A stretch of 57,724 nucleotides of DNA, counting the filler, from Sphacelaria rigidula (lineage: Eukaryota), in NCBI GenBank assembly GCA_964200075.2. It is 6 parts of 6 records of this genome, joined end to end, with 100 filler letters (N's around TTAATTAATTAA, not from the genome) between each part and the next. Parts side by side here need not be neighbours in the genome. Positions count along the whole stretch, not along the records: positions 28,915 to 38,452 come from CAXNAA020008270.1; positions 38,553 to 48,088 come from CAXNAA020008271.1; positions 48,189 to 57,724 come from CAXNAA020008272.1; 3 more parts are not named here. One strand, 5' to 3'. The notes beneath the pieces were generated by a model. That model was not told the origin of the DNA. It made no database searches and worked only from the letters and a program-made list of their open reading frames with translations. The position numbers and the translations under genes were made by a program. Of the stretch, positions 38,101 to 49,676 are shown one piece after another (position 1 is the stretch's first letter; every line of letters starts with the position of its first letter).

Positions 38101-38371
38101 AGGTAGCATGATTTGGTTTGATGCACTCAGACGGCAGGGAGAAAACTATGGCTATACCGGGAGATAGATGGTGGCCACAGACGGCGAAACAGGACGGGGG
38201 TGAGATAGATAAACGGTCTTTGTGTAACACGTGGAAGAAGCGTAATGACCGACGAAATGTTAGAGGTGTGTCCATCAGGAGTAGGAACGGTGCTCCGTCT
38301 CGAACGGGATGGGTAATCGATGGTCAAACGACTAAGGGAAGCAACAAATGAATAACCCCTCCCCCCCCCCC
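35190..38371 (+). mobile_element. Degenerate non-LTR retrotransposon (APE endonuclease + RT + C-terminal Cys/His knuckle), family 1, ending in poly(C)
   Basis: APE remnants (IGQYGEE, SVLDYVV, TDHCL); RT motifs KAGGADE, KKGDKADPGDYRG, EGQAGSR, LLDVQNAYDTVWR, GVAQGC, LADDFVG; CPCG...H....EC; many stops. The 5' boundary is approximate. Confidence 0.92.
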
Positions 38372-38376
38372 ATGTA

Positions 38377-38452
38377 GTGCTCCGTCTCGAAAGGGATGCG
38401 TGGTCAATGGTCAAATGACTAAGGCAAGCAACAAATGAGTACGCCCCCCCCC
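38377..38452 (+). mobile_element. Second short LINE 3'-end copy inserted beside the C tail of the long copy
   Basis: gtgctccgtctcgaaaggg...caaatgagtacg(C)n running into the gap. Confidence 0.85.
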
Positions 38453-38552
38453 NNNNNNNNNNNNNNNNNNNNNNNNNNNNNNNNNNNNNNNNNNNNTTAA
38501 TTAATTAANNNNNNNNNNNNNNNNNNNNNNNNNNNNNNNNNNNNNNNNNNNN
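38453..38552. other. Artificial contig spacer
   Basis: Same linker; preceding contig ends in a LINE poly-C tail. Confidence 0.98.
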
Positions 38553-39056
38553 CACTGTACCCCAAGCCAAGCAAAAGCTGTAGTAGCAGCAGGTACACGC
38601 GGCTAATCGGGTACAACCCTTTTACCTTCAAACCGCTGCGACAGCAATACAAACACATATTCGACTAGAATCCTTCCATACCCGCTGGTCGTTTCTGGGG
38701 ACCATCTGCATATCCACAAGAAAACTAGTTTTAATTTAGGCCCTCAGTCATTCACCATCACACCAATCAGTACCGTAGACTACTACACCGAAAAGCTCGT
38801 TCACCCGAATACCCCCCTTGCAATGGTATCTCTGTAGTAGGCCAACAAGAAACCAGCCCGGAGAAATTCAACTCATGATCTGAGCGGAGATATCTCTCCA
38901 TACTACACACGTCCTCAAACAGGTGCTTGTGGGAAAAGATCGCACCTGTCCCCAGAGATATTCACACGAATATTGTGAGTGTGTCCCTTCTTTCGAACAG
39001 TTACACCGGAATCCCATATTCGACCCTCAGCCGAAGCCCTATGCGTAAAGATTCCT

Positions 39057-39337
39057 AACACTATATTCGTCAGATTCAGAGTGTAGTTTCAGATTCAGAG
39101 TCAGAATTTCAAACGGAAGAACTGTTTTCTTCGTGGTCAATCGTTATGCGAAACAGTTTGCGTCACTAATCAACCAACCCGAGTAATAAACGTGCGTGTT
39201 TTCACAGCCTCCAATGTTGGTTGATTAGTGACGCGATCTGTTTCGCATGAGAATCTACCACAAAGAAAACAGTTCTTCCGTTTGAAATCCTGGCTCTGAA
39301 TCTGAACCTACACTCTGAATCTCATGAGTATAGTGTT
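39057..39337. mobile_element. Foldback/palindromic MITE with ~120-bp arms
   Basis: aacactata...cgtcactaatcaaccaac / gttggttgattagtgacg...tatagtgtt inverted arms around a ~37-bp loop. Confidence 0.8.
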
Positions 39338-40825
39338 CCCTATCTGCATGCCGAGACTCAAATCAAGCTCTCGCGAAACTAGAAAAATATCCGTACTTGG
39401 AAATTGGCAAACACAGACTCGCACGTGTTGTGCCTTTCAATGGTGCAAATAATGCAATACACACCAAGCACCGGTTTAGGCGATCATCTCGCTTGCAATA
39501 TAGTACAAAATCAAACCCCTCGGGTGAGATTGATCACACTAATACCCTTCACACCCATCTTCCAGCACGGTAGTGCGCATGATTACGTACACATGCCCAA
39601 CTGTCCAAATCCTCAAGATACCAATACTCCAAACAGGAAATAGGAAAAAATGGTCTCAGTCCTTCACGTGTAGTAGTACATGCAACCCTCATGTCGCGAT
39701 CCGGCGGAGCAAAAAATCTCAACACCTTCCGGCATACAGTCAGTCCAGCATTCAGTCAATCATCTACAGAAACCTACCTCGCGACCAGGCGGAGCGAAAC
39801 TGACTAAACGCTTTTCAGCGCACGCAATCAAAAGCAGCATCAAATGACATCACAGCCCCCCCTCCCTTTTTTTTGCTTTCAAACAGTCTGCATCTCTCTC
39901 TCCCACCCCATCGTTTTGAGCTATGGGAAGGGAGCTTCTGTATGGCGGGGCAATGTTTCCTCCCTCCACCGATGTCCACCGAGAGATCCTTGCAGCGGGG
40001 GTTGTGCTCGTTGCCGGTCGCGTTACACCCAAACATTCAGCTTGATACCTATCGCCGGAGAAATTTGTTTGAAAATCGAGTCTCACCGGGAAGTAAGGCT
40101 CGAAGCGGGACAGTGGGGCGTGGAAATATCCAGAAACGTATCAGTTTCCAGGTCTCATCAATAGTGATATGTCATTTCACGAACCGTTATACTTGAACCG
40201 TCCAAAATACTATTCCACGAAGATTTGCATCTCAACAGTCGTCGGTATTTACGTGAATGAATACGTGCTTTTGCACCAATATATAGCATGCTGTGCGCAC
40301 ACTTTCTACTGTGGCTGGCAAACCGTCTAATATTGAAAACCACGCAATTCCAGCTACACTCTTGTTAATGCATGTTGTGTGAACATGCTCGCGTGCTTCG
40401 TGGTGGATCCAGTTTGCCAGGTTACAACTTGGCCAACATCCAAGAACTATTGATGCTGTACACTCTTGTTTTAGCACGCAATGCGAGCATGTCTATACAC
40501 CGCACATGATTCCAGTGCCGTCAACATACAGCTTGACCACCAATCACGTGGGGTGCAAAGGAGCATTTCTTGTTTAATCATGCCATACAATAACGTATTT
40601 TGTCTACCACATGATGGCCTTAGTTCTGTCAGCTGTCGTGTTCGGCGGAGACAGTGCGGTTGATAATGCTCTGCCCATCCTCATACATTCTCCGGATAAT
40701 ATCGTAGCCGTGAGTGCTGTCTCGATCCTTTTCTTCAAGGTTTTCGAACTAGGGTTAGGGTTACTGTCGCGGAAGCTGGATTGGCGATGGCAGTGTTGGC
40801 TTGGCGTTGATGTACATTGAAGCTG

Positions 40826-40897
40826 TTGCTGCTGTTGTTGTTGTTGTTGTTGTTGTCGTCGTCGTCGTCGTCGTCGTCGTCGCGGCTGTTGTTGTTG
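40826..40897. repeat. (GTT/GTC)n trinucleotide repeat
   Basis: Direct observation. Confidence 0.9.
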
Positions 40898-40929
40898 CGT
40901 TGGTTTCTACACTCAGAGTCGTCGTGTTT

Positions 40930-42018
40930 GTCTGTTTGGTGAAAACTGCACCATTTGACAGACCTGTTCTGGTGGTCTGACTACCCACTAGAACGGCAGT
41001 CACGGACGTGGTGACCTCTTTTTCCGCACTAGAAGCATTTTCCGCAAATTTTTGCGGGTTGATTCGAGGATTTTGACATTGCTGCCGCCAGCATAGAAGA
41101 ACCACGGCCATGTGATCTGCTCGCGGTTACTCTTCTCGCCAGTCTATTGCCATACATGTTACGTAGGGTAGTTTCAATATCCCCGATGCTCAAGTCTGGA
41201 TCTCGTTCTGCGGTATATTTTACTCGGTCATACTCGCTGGTTAGACCCTCGACTTTGATATCAGTGAGTCGTTCGTCGGAGAAGGGCTCGCAAATGTGCA
41301 CGAGCTCGTCCCGGAGCTGGAATAGTTTTACCAAAAAAACGTCCGGGTCTGGTCCCGGTGACATGGTAATGATGTCCAGCTGTCGCATCAGTAAGCGGCG
41401 TCTTTGCTCAGATGAGTTTTCCTACTTGGCTACCAATCCTTCCCACGCGCTTTTGACGTTTGGTTTCTCTGAACCCTTCGGCTAAAAACGCAAGAGGTAA
41501 CTTGCCGCTGAATCACTTGTCGATAAGTACAAAATGTTGAACAACTGTTCGTTATACCGGTCCCAGTTTTGTCTCTCACGCGTGTTCAAAATTTGTCTTA
41601 CATTTGACTCCACAATGGGATGACGAAACACTTCTCGAACAGGAGGTTGGGCTTGATCACCAGCAGTTTAAGTGTCACCCGCCGCTGCTGTCGTCTCGTT
41701 CCCCGTGGTTGCCTCCACCGATGGTAACGGCGAAAGAGAGGGCGGCTGCTGATGTCTCCTGAAACGGGTCGCAATGGGGCTTGTTCTTGATGTCGATCTG
41801 GCAGCTGGTTGTGGGTGATCTACCTCAGAAAACTCTTCATCATAAATTTCCGGGGGGCGTTCAAACCCGTCGAGGATATCAGATATTCGCGGATGAGTTA
41901 AGGAACTTATCGCGCACGTAGAGCGCGTCCACTCGACGAATTTCGTACCGTCGAACTTGTTGATACTCCTGATGAGTTGAGTTACAGATGGCTCTCCCGA
42001 TGTATTCATCTGCCTCAA
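40930..42018 (-). pseudogene. Ty1/copia gag (disrupted)
   Basis: INKFDGTKFVEW; MSPGPDPDVFLVKLFQLRDEL...FSDERLTDI.VEGLTSEYD (copia gag/UBN2-type); in-frame stops; no pol recognised downstream. Confidence 0.82.
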
Positions 42019-42198
42019 GTTTTATTTGTAAGAAAAAACGTTGTATTCACACCTGTAGATCCTTAGAAAGGATCTGTTTCCTTGGTCTTCTGATTGATGC
42101 TGCTGGGACGATCTTGGAGTGACGTCCCCTCGCTCGTGCTGACCTTTGTAGTCTCGAATCAAAGGTCGATGACCTGAAGGACTACGTGGTCGCAAATC

Positions 42199-42507
42199 GA
42201 AGGCTCAAAACCTGTCGGAAATATTTGGTGGCTCGTGGCTTGTTGGCACTGTTCTCGAAACAGACCGACTACCGTCGCAGAGACAGTAGTTTAGCAGAGG
42301 TTGCACAGTAGCAGTCAAACTATTTGCTTCTGCAGCCGACAGAAAGTCCAAAGACAAAAATGGTGTTTTGGGCTCTTCACTTCGGCCGAACAAAATCAAG
42401 GCAGCCTCTTTTGCAAGCAGAGTGCTGAGGAAATGAAGAAGAGCTGGGTAAGCTTGGTAAGCTTGGGAGAGTGATTGCAAGGGCGATAGATCACCGATAT
42501 ACAACCA
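42199..42507 (-). mobile_element. Probable copia 5' LTR (~42213-42507) and primer-binding site
   Basis: Minus strand ...TTTCCGACA directly followed by GGTTTTGAGCC, resembling the copia half-tRNAiMet PBS GGTTATG(A/G)GCCC, ~190 bp upstream of gag. The far LTR boundary is a guess. Confidence 0.5.
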
Positions 42508-44512
42508 TGCTCAATCCTGGAAGAAGAATCCAACACTCTACACGTACGTAAGGTCTAATCGTATCATTCAATGCAACTTCGCTATTGCTGACGCGGTAGC
42601 CTTGCTAGTTCAGATTTACTGCAAAGTTGCACACAAGATATCCTGTAGCTTATATGGCCTAAATACTCCGCTAGAGTATCTTTCATTGACAAAGCATGGC
42701 AACACGCCTACTGTAGCAATATCCTACCTGAAACGTCCTTCACACAGGTAGACTACAAATCAACACAAAAGAGGTACTCTCCGTGAATAGGATACTAACA
42801 AAGCGATCTTACGTGGTTCATTGTTCCGTTGAAACGCAACAGATTGTACCGCTGTCTTTTGTTGCAACGACTTCAGTCAAACATAATGAATATAGGCTGC
42901 ATCGTCTAGATTTTTGCAACAGCTTTCTCTCTGTCGTTGCTTTTCTCTCTGGTGATATCGTCATCGACACGCGTGTACACCGAAGTCGTTCGGTGCATTT
43001 AGCCACACCTGATGATTCACAGTTGCAGAGTTTTGGGGGGAAGGATGGTTTCGCTCTGTGTTATTGTTTTGCGTCACCTCTGCAAAAAAGATATGCCACT
43101 TGAACCTCATTTCTGAGATCGACCCTATTTTTCAGGATCCGATGTTTGATGTTTGTCGTGTGAAAAGACGACCTCATACTGGCTGCGCGAGGACAAGCTC
43201 TACAGCTAATGTTAGTGCTGGTACATATTGTGGTGTTAGTGATGTCGTTGTTGTGGATATGTTGTTCTACATCCGCAAGTGGCTGCAGCGGGCTGCTGTC
43301 GCTGATAGGTGTTAGGCTGCTGGGCTAGCTCTTGCTCAATTGCGGAAGAAAACGGTGTGTTGAACGGGTGCGGATGGTCAACAAAGACTTAGAGAAAACA
43401 GTAAATTGCTGGAGACTTTATTGATAAATTGGAGATTTGAAACGTGAAAGAGTGGGGCTCGCGACGTGCTCGTGGGCTCACTTATGTTCATCTTCTCAAG
43501 AAGTCGTACCCTACTCTTATCAAGGATTCTCCGTCGTACTGAGCTGTTACTCAGATCGGTATATATTCTTTCAGACTAAAATCCTAAATCCCCACATTTG
43601 AAAACTTCAACCGACTGAGGTCGCTCCGCATAAGCATCACACAAAATATCCTACCTGCACTGTGCTGTTGAACATCGTCTAGATAGTCTATTACATAACC
43701 TTTTTCTAACAGTTGCTTCTTAGTATGAGCTATCCGCCGCATGCTATATGTACATATCCCCATCATGCTGCACGCACCACGCTGAACGCTGGATACGCGG
43801 AGAATACTATTCGGCGGGGCTCTTCTGGCTACTTAAGACACGTGTTGTCGTCATTGGAGAGTTCTATGGTGGCTCAGTCATGATTTGAGTCGCTCGACTC
43901 CCACAGAACAATTGTTTTCGTCCGGCGAATCAGCCAAAGGGGACCACTGCATGCTCACTCGCGTAAATAGCATACACCTGCATGTTGAAGCACAAAAGCG
44001 ACTTTGAGTCAGTCCACGTTGCATATTTGAGTCCAGACATGTTTCATCAGCGGAATCCTAGAGTTGGGAGGTACGCGGGAATATGGGTCAGGGCATTCCC
44101 ATTTGAACATTTATCCGAGATATCCCTAGTTCATTACAACGATCATCGTGGCGTGATCTCACATATTACATGGATTATTTTCTGGATAAACCAGAGAACT
44201 CCTGATGATTCAAGCGTAGGAAATGTTTTCTTCAATCCTACCGTGGCATGACTCTTCTGACGCTCAGCTGAAGATAATACAATTTTGATTTTTTCCTAAA
44301 CATTTCACCTATCGGGTGATCGAAGTGACTCTGGGCGGAGCTTCAGCAACACTCATTGCCTTTCAACGACTCATATCAAGTTGCTTAGTAGTCCATGTGA
44401 CCGCGGTCAACAGGAGAGGAAACATACGGGGATGATGACCCGACCCGGGAACGGTGAACACCGTACTCCCTCCTTTTCCTTCGCTGTCCCTCCTGTTGTG
44501 TCCACTGCGAAG

Positions 44513-44629
44513 GTGTACGAAAATGATATCTTCAACTGCGAACATTCAGGGGTCAAGATCCAGGCCAATAATCAGGCCAAAATATGCGGAAATACTATCC
44601 ATGTGCCGGACGGAGTCGACGAACAGGAT
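44513..44629 (+). CDS. Exon of beta-helix + WSC protein (VYENDIFNCEHSGVKIQANNQAKICGNTIHVPDGVDEQD)
   Basis: Polypyrimidine tract, aag|GTG and GAT|gtaagc; spacing typical of parallel beta-helix rungs. Confidence 0.78.
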
Positions 44630-45393
44630 GTAAGCTTTCAGCAGCGCCAAAAAGGTTGCTCACTACATCAGATTTTAGCACTGAGTACAATACAATAGAC
44701 GCATTGCCGATGAATGATTAGGAACACTTATCCTGTGGTGAGGGAGCTGGTTAATGTTTGCCGGGAAAAACAATACTATTGATGTGTAGCATGGAACGCT
44801 TCATATACGTGCTTTTTCGCCGATAACGTGTCTCAGATCTTCCGCAACATCGCGGCATATAAACAAAACAATCGTGTCACGAGTTTCTTACTATCCCGCG
44901 CAAAATATCGAAGAGAAGATCTTATTCGAAAAACGCTGTGCCAGAACCTCCCAATCATGCCACCCCACTGTGCGATGGCTTGCTCATGTCAACTCAACGA
45001 CGAAGGGTGCTGAGGGATAATGGAGGCGGGGTTGTCTACTGTGATGGAATATAAACTTTAGCGCTATGATGTTGGCTTGGACGTGACGCAATTGTTCTGC
45101 ACGTGCAACGTTCGTATTGTGGTTTCGTGCGAGACAACAATGCACTGATGCCATCCTTTTGTTTGTGCGTCTTCCACACCCATGTGAATGATACGCGTTT
45201 TTATTGCCGTTTGAAATATTGCCACAGGGAAATAGTGTTGCGAATCCATATCTATTTCTAACAAGTCAAGTTTGCAGTCGAAAGTCCCGTATGGAACGAT
45301 TCATGATATCGCGGCTACTGCTACAAGATCTGTGGAACACTTGCTTGTTTTCCTTCGCATGATACCACGTTCAACTTCTGTCTGTGGATCCAG

Positions 45394-45639
45394 TATGAGT
45401 TCGCAGGTGGAACGTATGGGGAGGACTACGAAGCGCGGGTAACGGCACCGTGTTCCCCAACAATCGCACCAACCCCAGGACCCCCTCAACCCTCCGTCGC
45501 TCCATCCGCTCTCACCCTTTCTCCGACAACTTCTGGCCCTATCTTGCCGACCCCTGCGGGCACGATCGGATGCTTCGCTGACAATCCAAGCGACCGTATC
45601 ATGAGGCGTGCTTTTGAATCTTCCGACATGACCAATGAG
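45394..45639 (+). CDS. Exon: Pro/Thr linker and start of WSC domain (...TIGCFADNPSDRIMRRAFESSDMTNE)
   Basis: cag|TAT and GAG|gtggga; phase 0 on both sides; GCF.D...R..MT motif of WSC. Confidence 0.85.
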
Positions 45640-45688
45640 GTGGGAATAAGCCTCAGGTCGTAGTCGAGAATAGCGGTGTGCGGTTGTC

Positions 45689-45918
45689 GAGTAATCCTAC
45701 GATAGGGGGGGAAGCTCGTAGGTGTGTCAGACGACCTGCCACACTCGCGGTGCGCTTGTATTTGGTTAAAAACGGTGTCAAGCAGTGAGAATGGGCGTTA
45801 TTTATCTGTAACAAGCTCGTTCGAATAACCGTTTCGTTACTGCTTTCAACAACGATTTGACGTGCCATTTCGTACAATAGGTGGCCCCAAATACCCCCTC
45901 CCTATCGTAGGGTGACTG
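45689..45918. mobile_element. Intronic MITE (family of 26620-26867, inverted)
   Basis: GAGTAATCCTACGATAGGG...CCCTATCGTAGGGTGACT; body matches reverse complement of 26620-26867. Confidence 0.8.
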
Positions 45919-46326
45919 TGTAATCCGCTGGGTTCCAAGCGTCGTGTGTGTATGCCGTTCTGTGAGTGTCCGATAGAAAGTGTACAGGCCATCGCGAATG
46001 CTGGACTGCTATCAAATGACCCGGAGCGAGCGCTGTACACTCGTATGTACTAAGAAGCTATCAGTACAGACAGGGATGGGTGTTTGTTGTACATTGAAGG
46101 AGAGTCACGCTGTGTGGTCACACCGTGCGCTCTGGTCAACCTCACAACACGTTCTTTCGGCATGCGTACAGCCCTTCGCATTCGTGGGGTAAAGGTATTT
46201 TGATATCAACGAAACATAGTCACCGAAGGTGATCTGTAGGCTTCGTGTCTTTGATAACACCTCCTCTTGAAAATCACGGCCTGCTCACCTCTTCCTGTTT
46301 TCTTGCCTCGACGTGTTCATCTGCAG

Positions 46327-46388
46327 AAATGCGGCCTCTACTGCAAGGAGAGCGACTTCACGTACAGCGGCACGCAACATTACGACGA
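46327..46388 (+). CDS. WSC domain exon (KCGLYCKESDFTYSGTQHYD(E))
   Basis: gcag|AAA and GA|gtgagg; C...C...Y.GTQ motif. Confidence 0.88.
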
Positions 46389-46769
46389 GTGAGGGATATC
46401 ACGGTATCTTGTATACATTTTAGCGTGGGTGACTCGCGTGGAGTGAGGTCTCTATCCAATCTGCATGTATGTTGCTCATTCAGCCCTATACTAGAAACAA
46501 CACGATTCAGTTATGTCATCACGAAGGGGGTTGACGCTACGTTTGTCATTTGGCATGCGTATCGGTTTTAACTGGCTGGACTCCGCCCCTAGAACCCAAC
46601 GGGATGAGACCATGCTGCACCCATTCAGCTGGAAACTGATGCAGAAGACATGTAGACACCTGCAGGGAATGTGTGTTCAGTTTATGAAGCATTGACATAT
46701 TGAGAGCGTAACACACTCATAACGCGTACCTCAGCTGCACACGTACTCCCCTCCAACACACACGCGCAG

Positions 46770-46933
46770 GTGCTGGTGCGGTAACTCTTCTCGACGCTAC
46801 GCCAGGTACGGTTCCTCGTCGCAATGTACCACCGAATGCTCGGGTGACCCCACGGAGTATTGCGGAGGGTCCTACGCCGTAACGGTATCGGCAACTTCGA
46901 GCTACACATCACCCGAACCGCCGCTGGCAGTCG
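46770..46933 (+). CDS. WSC domain exon (CWCGNSS...CTTECSGDPTEYCGG...)
   Basis: gcag|G completes the GAG codon; CWCG and C...C.GD....CGG motifs; G|gtacag donor. Confidence 0.9.
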
Positions 46934-47607
46934 GTACAGACCCTCTCTCCACCCTTGAACCAGCGACCTCTCCGTTTGCAGCGACATCTGTTCCCATTCC
47001 TCAATGATCTGTAGCGGCCATGCTTCCCTCCGGTTCAAAATGAAAAAACAAGGGGTTGGCGTTACACGCCGCATATATCGTCAGATGCAATTCATATGCC
47101 CCCTGACAATTTTGTATTGCTTTTCAAAATATTCTTCCACAGTCGACTCCTGGCGTGCATGCGCCCATTTTGTGTCATCAGTTGGTACAGGGGTCCCATC
47201 ACAGACAAGAAGCTGGTGTAGTTTGTGGATGTTCGGTCGCACATAAGACCAGCGTTCAAACAATCTCGGCTTTCATCCGCTTTTTTGGGTGTCCTCTCTT
47301 CTGTTGATCTTTGTTTTTGTCCTCCTTTGATTCTAGTGGTTTGTGTCGCCCTTCCTGAATGTAGCGTTCCACGAATCTCAATAATTGTGATGAAGCGGGG
47401 AGTTCATATCCCTCGGGCGAGGCGCTGTTTCAGTTTTGAGGTAATGAACTGTGATCCCATTGTTGATGATGTTTATGTCCTGTTGATGTCGACTTATTTT
47501 TGGGTGTTTCAGACCGCAGTTAAAGATACGGTCGGGTTAGTTTGAGTGTAGTTGCGTCAGTCTACAAAAGACCCTGATACTGTGAAGGGAGAGGATGAGA
47601 AATTGAG

Positions 47608-47737
47608 CTTTTGACCGCCGGAGGTGTACATATGTTGAAAGTCTTCATTTCATTTGTCGAATGGGCATCATTTTCACTCGAAAAATGCCTGAGAATGAGG
47701 CCGATTCCACAAAGGGGCACCTCCGGCGGTCAAAGGC
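47608..47737. mobile_element. Small MITE (TTTGACCGCCGGAGGTG TIR)
   Basis: Inverted termini; resembles the 14066-14171 family. Confidence 0.7.
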
Positions 47738-47778
47738 TTTGGGTCGGCGACGTAGGACAAATCACCCTGTGACTACAA

Positions 47779-48088
47779 GAACCAATGAACACGCTCGCTG
47801 CCCGAGTGGTCACGATCTGCTGTCGTCGGGTTACGATTGGAGTTAGAGTTAGAGTGTCGTTGGATCAGTCTGTGAAAGATATGGATATTATTGAGAGAGG
47901 AACTGACGACGAAATTGAGCTCTTTGATCGCCTTTTGCTGAATAGGCATCATCTTCCAGCGAGAACCAATGAACACGCTCGCTGCCCGAGTGGTCACGAT
48001 CTGCTGTCGTCGGGTTACGATTGGAGTTAGAGTTAGAGTGTCGTTGGATCAGTCTGTGAAAGATATGGATATTATTGAGAGAGGAACT
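47779..48088 (+). repeat. Tandem repeat, 184-bp period, truncated by contig end
   Basis: 47779-47904 appears identical to 47963-48088. Confidence 0.9.
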
Positions 48089-48188
48089 NNNNNNNNNNNN
48101 NNNNNNNNNNNNNNNNNNNNNNNNNNNNNNNNTTAATTAATTAANNNNNNNNNNNNNNNNNNNNNNNNNNNNNNNNNNNNNNNNNNNN
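48089..48188. other. Artificial contig spacer
   Basis: Same linker; preceding contig ends in a tandem duplication. Confidence 0.98.
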
Positions 48189-49352
48189 GAAGCTGGGAAT
48201 TCCCACTCTTGGGTTTGTTCTAGTCAATGTCACCGATATGAGGCGCTTCATGTAGCCTGAACCCGAACATCAGGCGCTGTATTGCCATTTTTTTTCGTTC
48301 CACTTTCAGCTGGTTTTGGGGGGGGGGCTATCGTAGAAAGTGATTTAGATAGAATATATTTATATAGATATATACGTGCGTCCATTATGTCCATTGTGTC
48401 CATTCTCCTGGCAGGCTCCTCAGGTCCTGAGTGCTCGAACTTGAACGAAATTCGCAGCCCCGGTCGCTAAGTGAAACCCAAGAAGCAGCAGAGTCCCCCC
48501 CGTGTCAAACGGAGGAGACAGGAAAGGACAAGTCTCGTACCTGCCCCTGGCCCCACGATGGGAATACTTCCGCGTGCAATGCACTTCGTAAGGTGGCGGA
48601 GTAGAGTATGACACCCAGCGAGTAATGAAGGGGATTATTGGCCTCGAGGGTTTGCTCGGAAACTGAGGCGACCAGAGCCATTGAGGCAAACAACATCGGT
48701 TGCCGTTGTCGCGCTCGAACTATATCAATACATCACACATGATAGATGTTTCGTCAAAGACTGGGCCCTGTCCTTCTTTTTCCAACAGTACGAACGCACC
48801 TACGCATTCGCGCACGCGATCCACGTTTGGTTTGGATCGGCGTTTTTTCTCACGCGCGAAAAAACGAGAGTAATGATCGAGAGGCGGCCAAAACTATTGT
48901 GTTTTTTCTTCACTAGGACGAAATGCGATAGTCCATTCTTCATATATTTAATCGTTGAGACGACGGCATGAAGCCCGTTCTCTGGGGTAGCTCATCAGAC
49001 TTTGAAAAAACACGTGTCTTATTAGACAAAATGCCCCATATTTTCTCTTTCCAAGTATGAGCATTGTTTGGTTCGGCGTGGAATACGCGCATTAACGTCT
49101 CTTCATACTGTTGTAGGAACGTTTGTGACATATTCTGAAACTGCAACACCAAAAAAAGGCGTATGTGTGTGTCCATATATATTTAGGAATACATGAATGT
49201 ATCTCGCAAGAGTTCCGTTCATCCTCTCGCCTTCTTCGGGACAAGTCCATGGGCTCAAGGGATTCACCCATCTCATCCATGTTTCATGTAAGTGGCTACT
49301 TCCGGAGAGGAGGGGGATGAGGGGGGGCAAAAGAGAGGGTGGCCGTTTACCG

Positions 49353-49676
49353 TTATCTGCGGAGAGAAGACGATCCTTTTGTACTCCCGTGGCTGCTGCT
49401 ACGTGTCGAGGATCCGGATCCACCACCTTTTCCGATACTATTCTCTCCATCGCCGCCTCCCCCGTCCGTTCGATAGGAGACGTACCCGCTGCCATTGTTT
49501 GCCTGGCTGTTACTTGGCAAACTTGAAGATCGAGAGGTTTTGTTGTAGCGGGGGGGACGGGGGCGTTGTTGTCCTGCGCTCCGCGATCCTTTTGAGTCGC
49601 CGCCGCCGTTGATACCATGGCTCGGTAGTGCTGTAGTCCCTCCGGCCCCGCCTTTCATGTCCTTCGGTTTCACCAC
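49353..49676 (-). CDS. FAM184-like protein, terminal exon (VVKPKDMKGG...SSSLRR*)
   Basis: gtag|GTG acceptor, phase 0 after GVMQ; low-complexity tail ending in TAA. Confidence 0.72.
   Translation of the reverse strand: MVKPKDMKGGAGGTTALPSHGINGGGDSKGSRSAGQQRPRPPRYNKTSRSSSLPSNSQANNGSGYVSYRTDGGGGDGENSIGKGGGSGSSTRSSSHGSTKGSSSLRR

Noticed and set aside
37364-38275. 303-aa minus-strand ORF
   Set aside because: Antisense to the LINE ORF2; no independent features.
40150-40560. Possible decayed hAT transposase (SSWNSILD resembling TRWNS)
   Set aside because: A single weak motif among stops; not supportable without a search.
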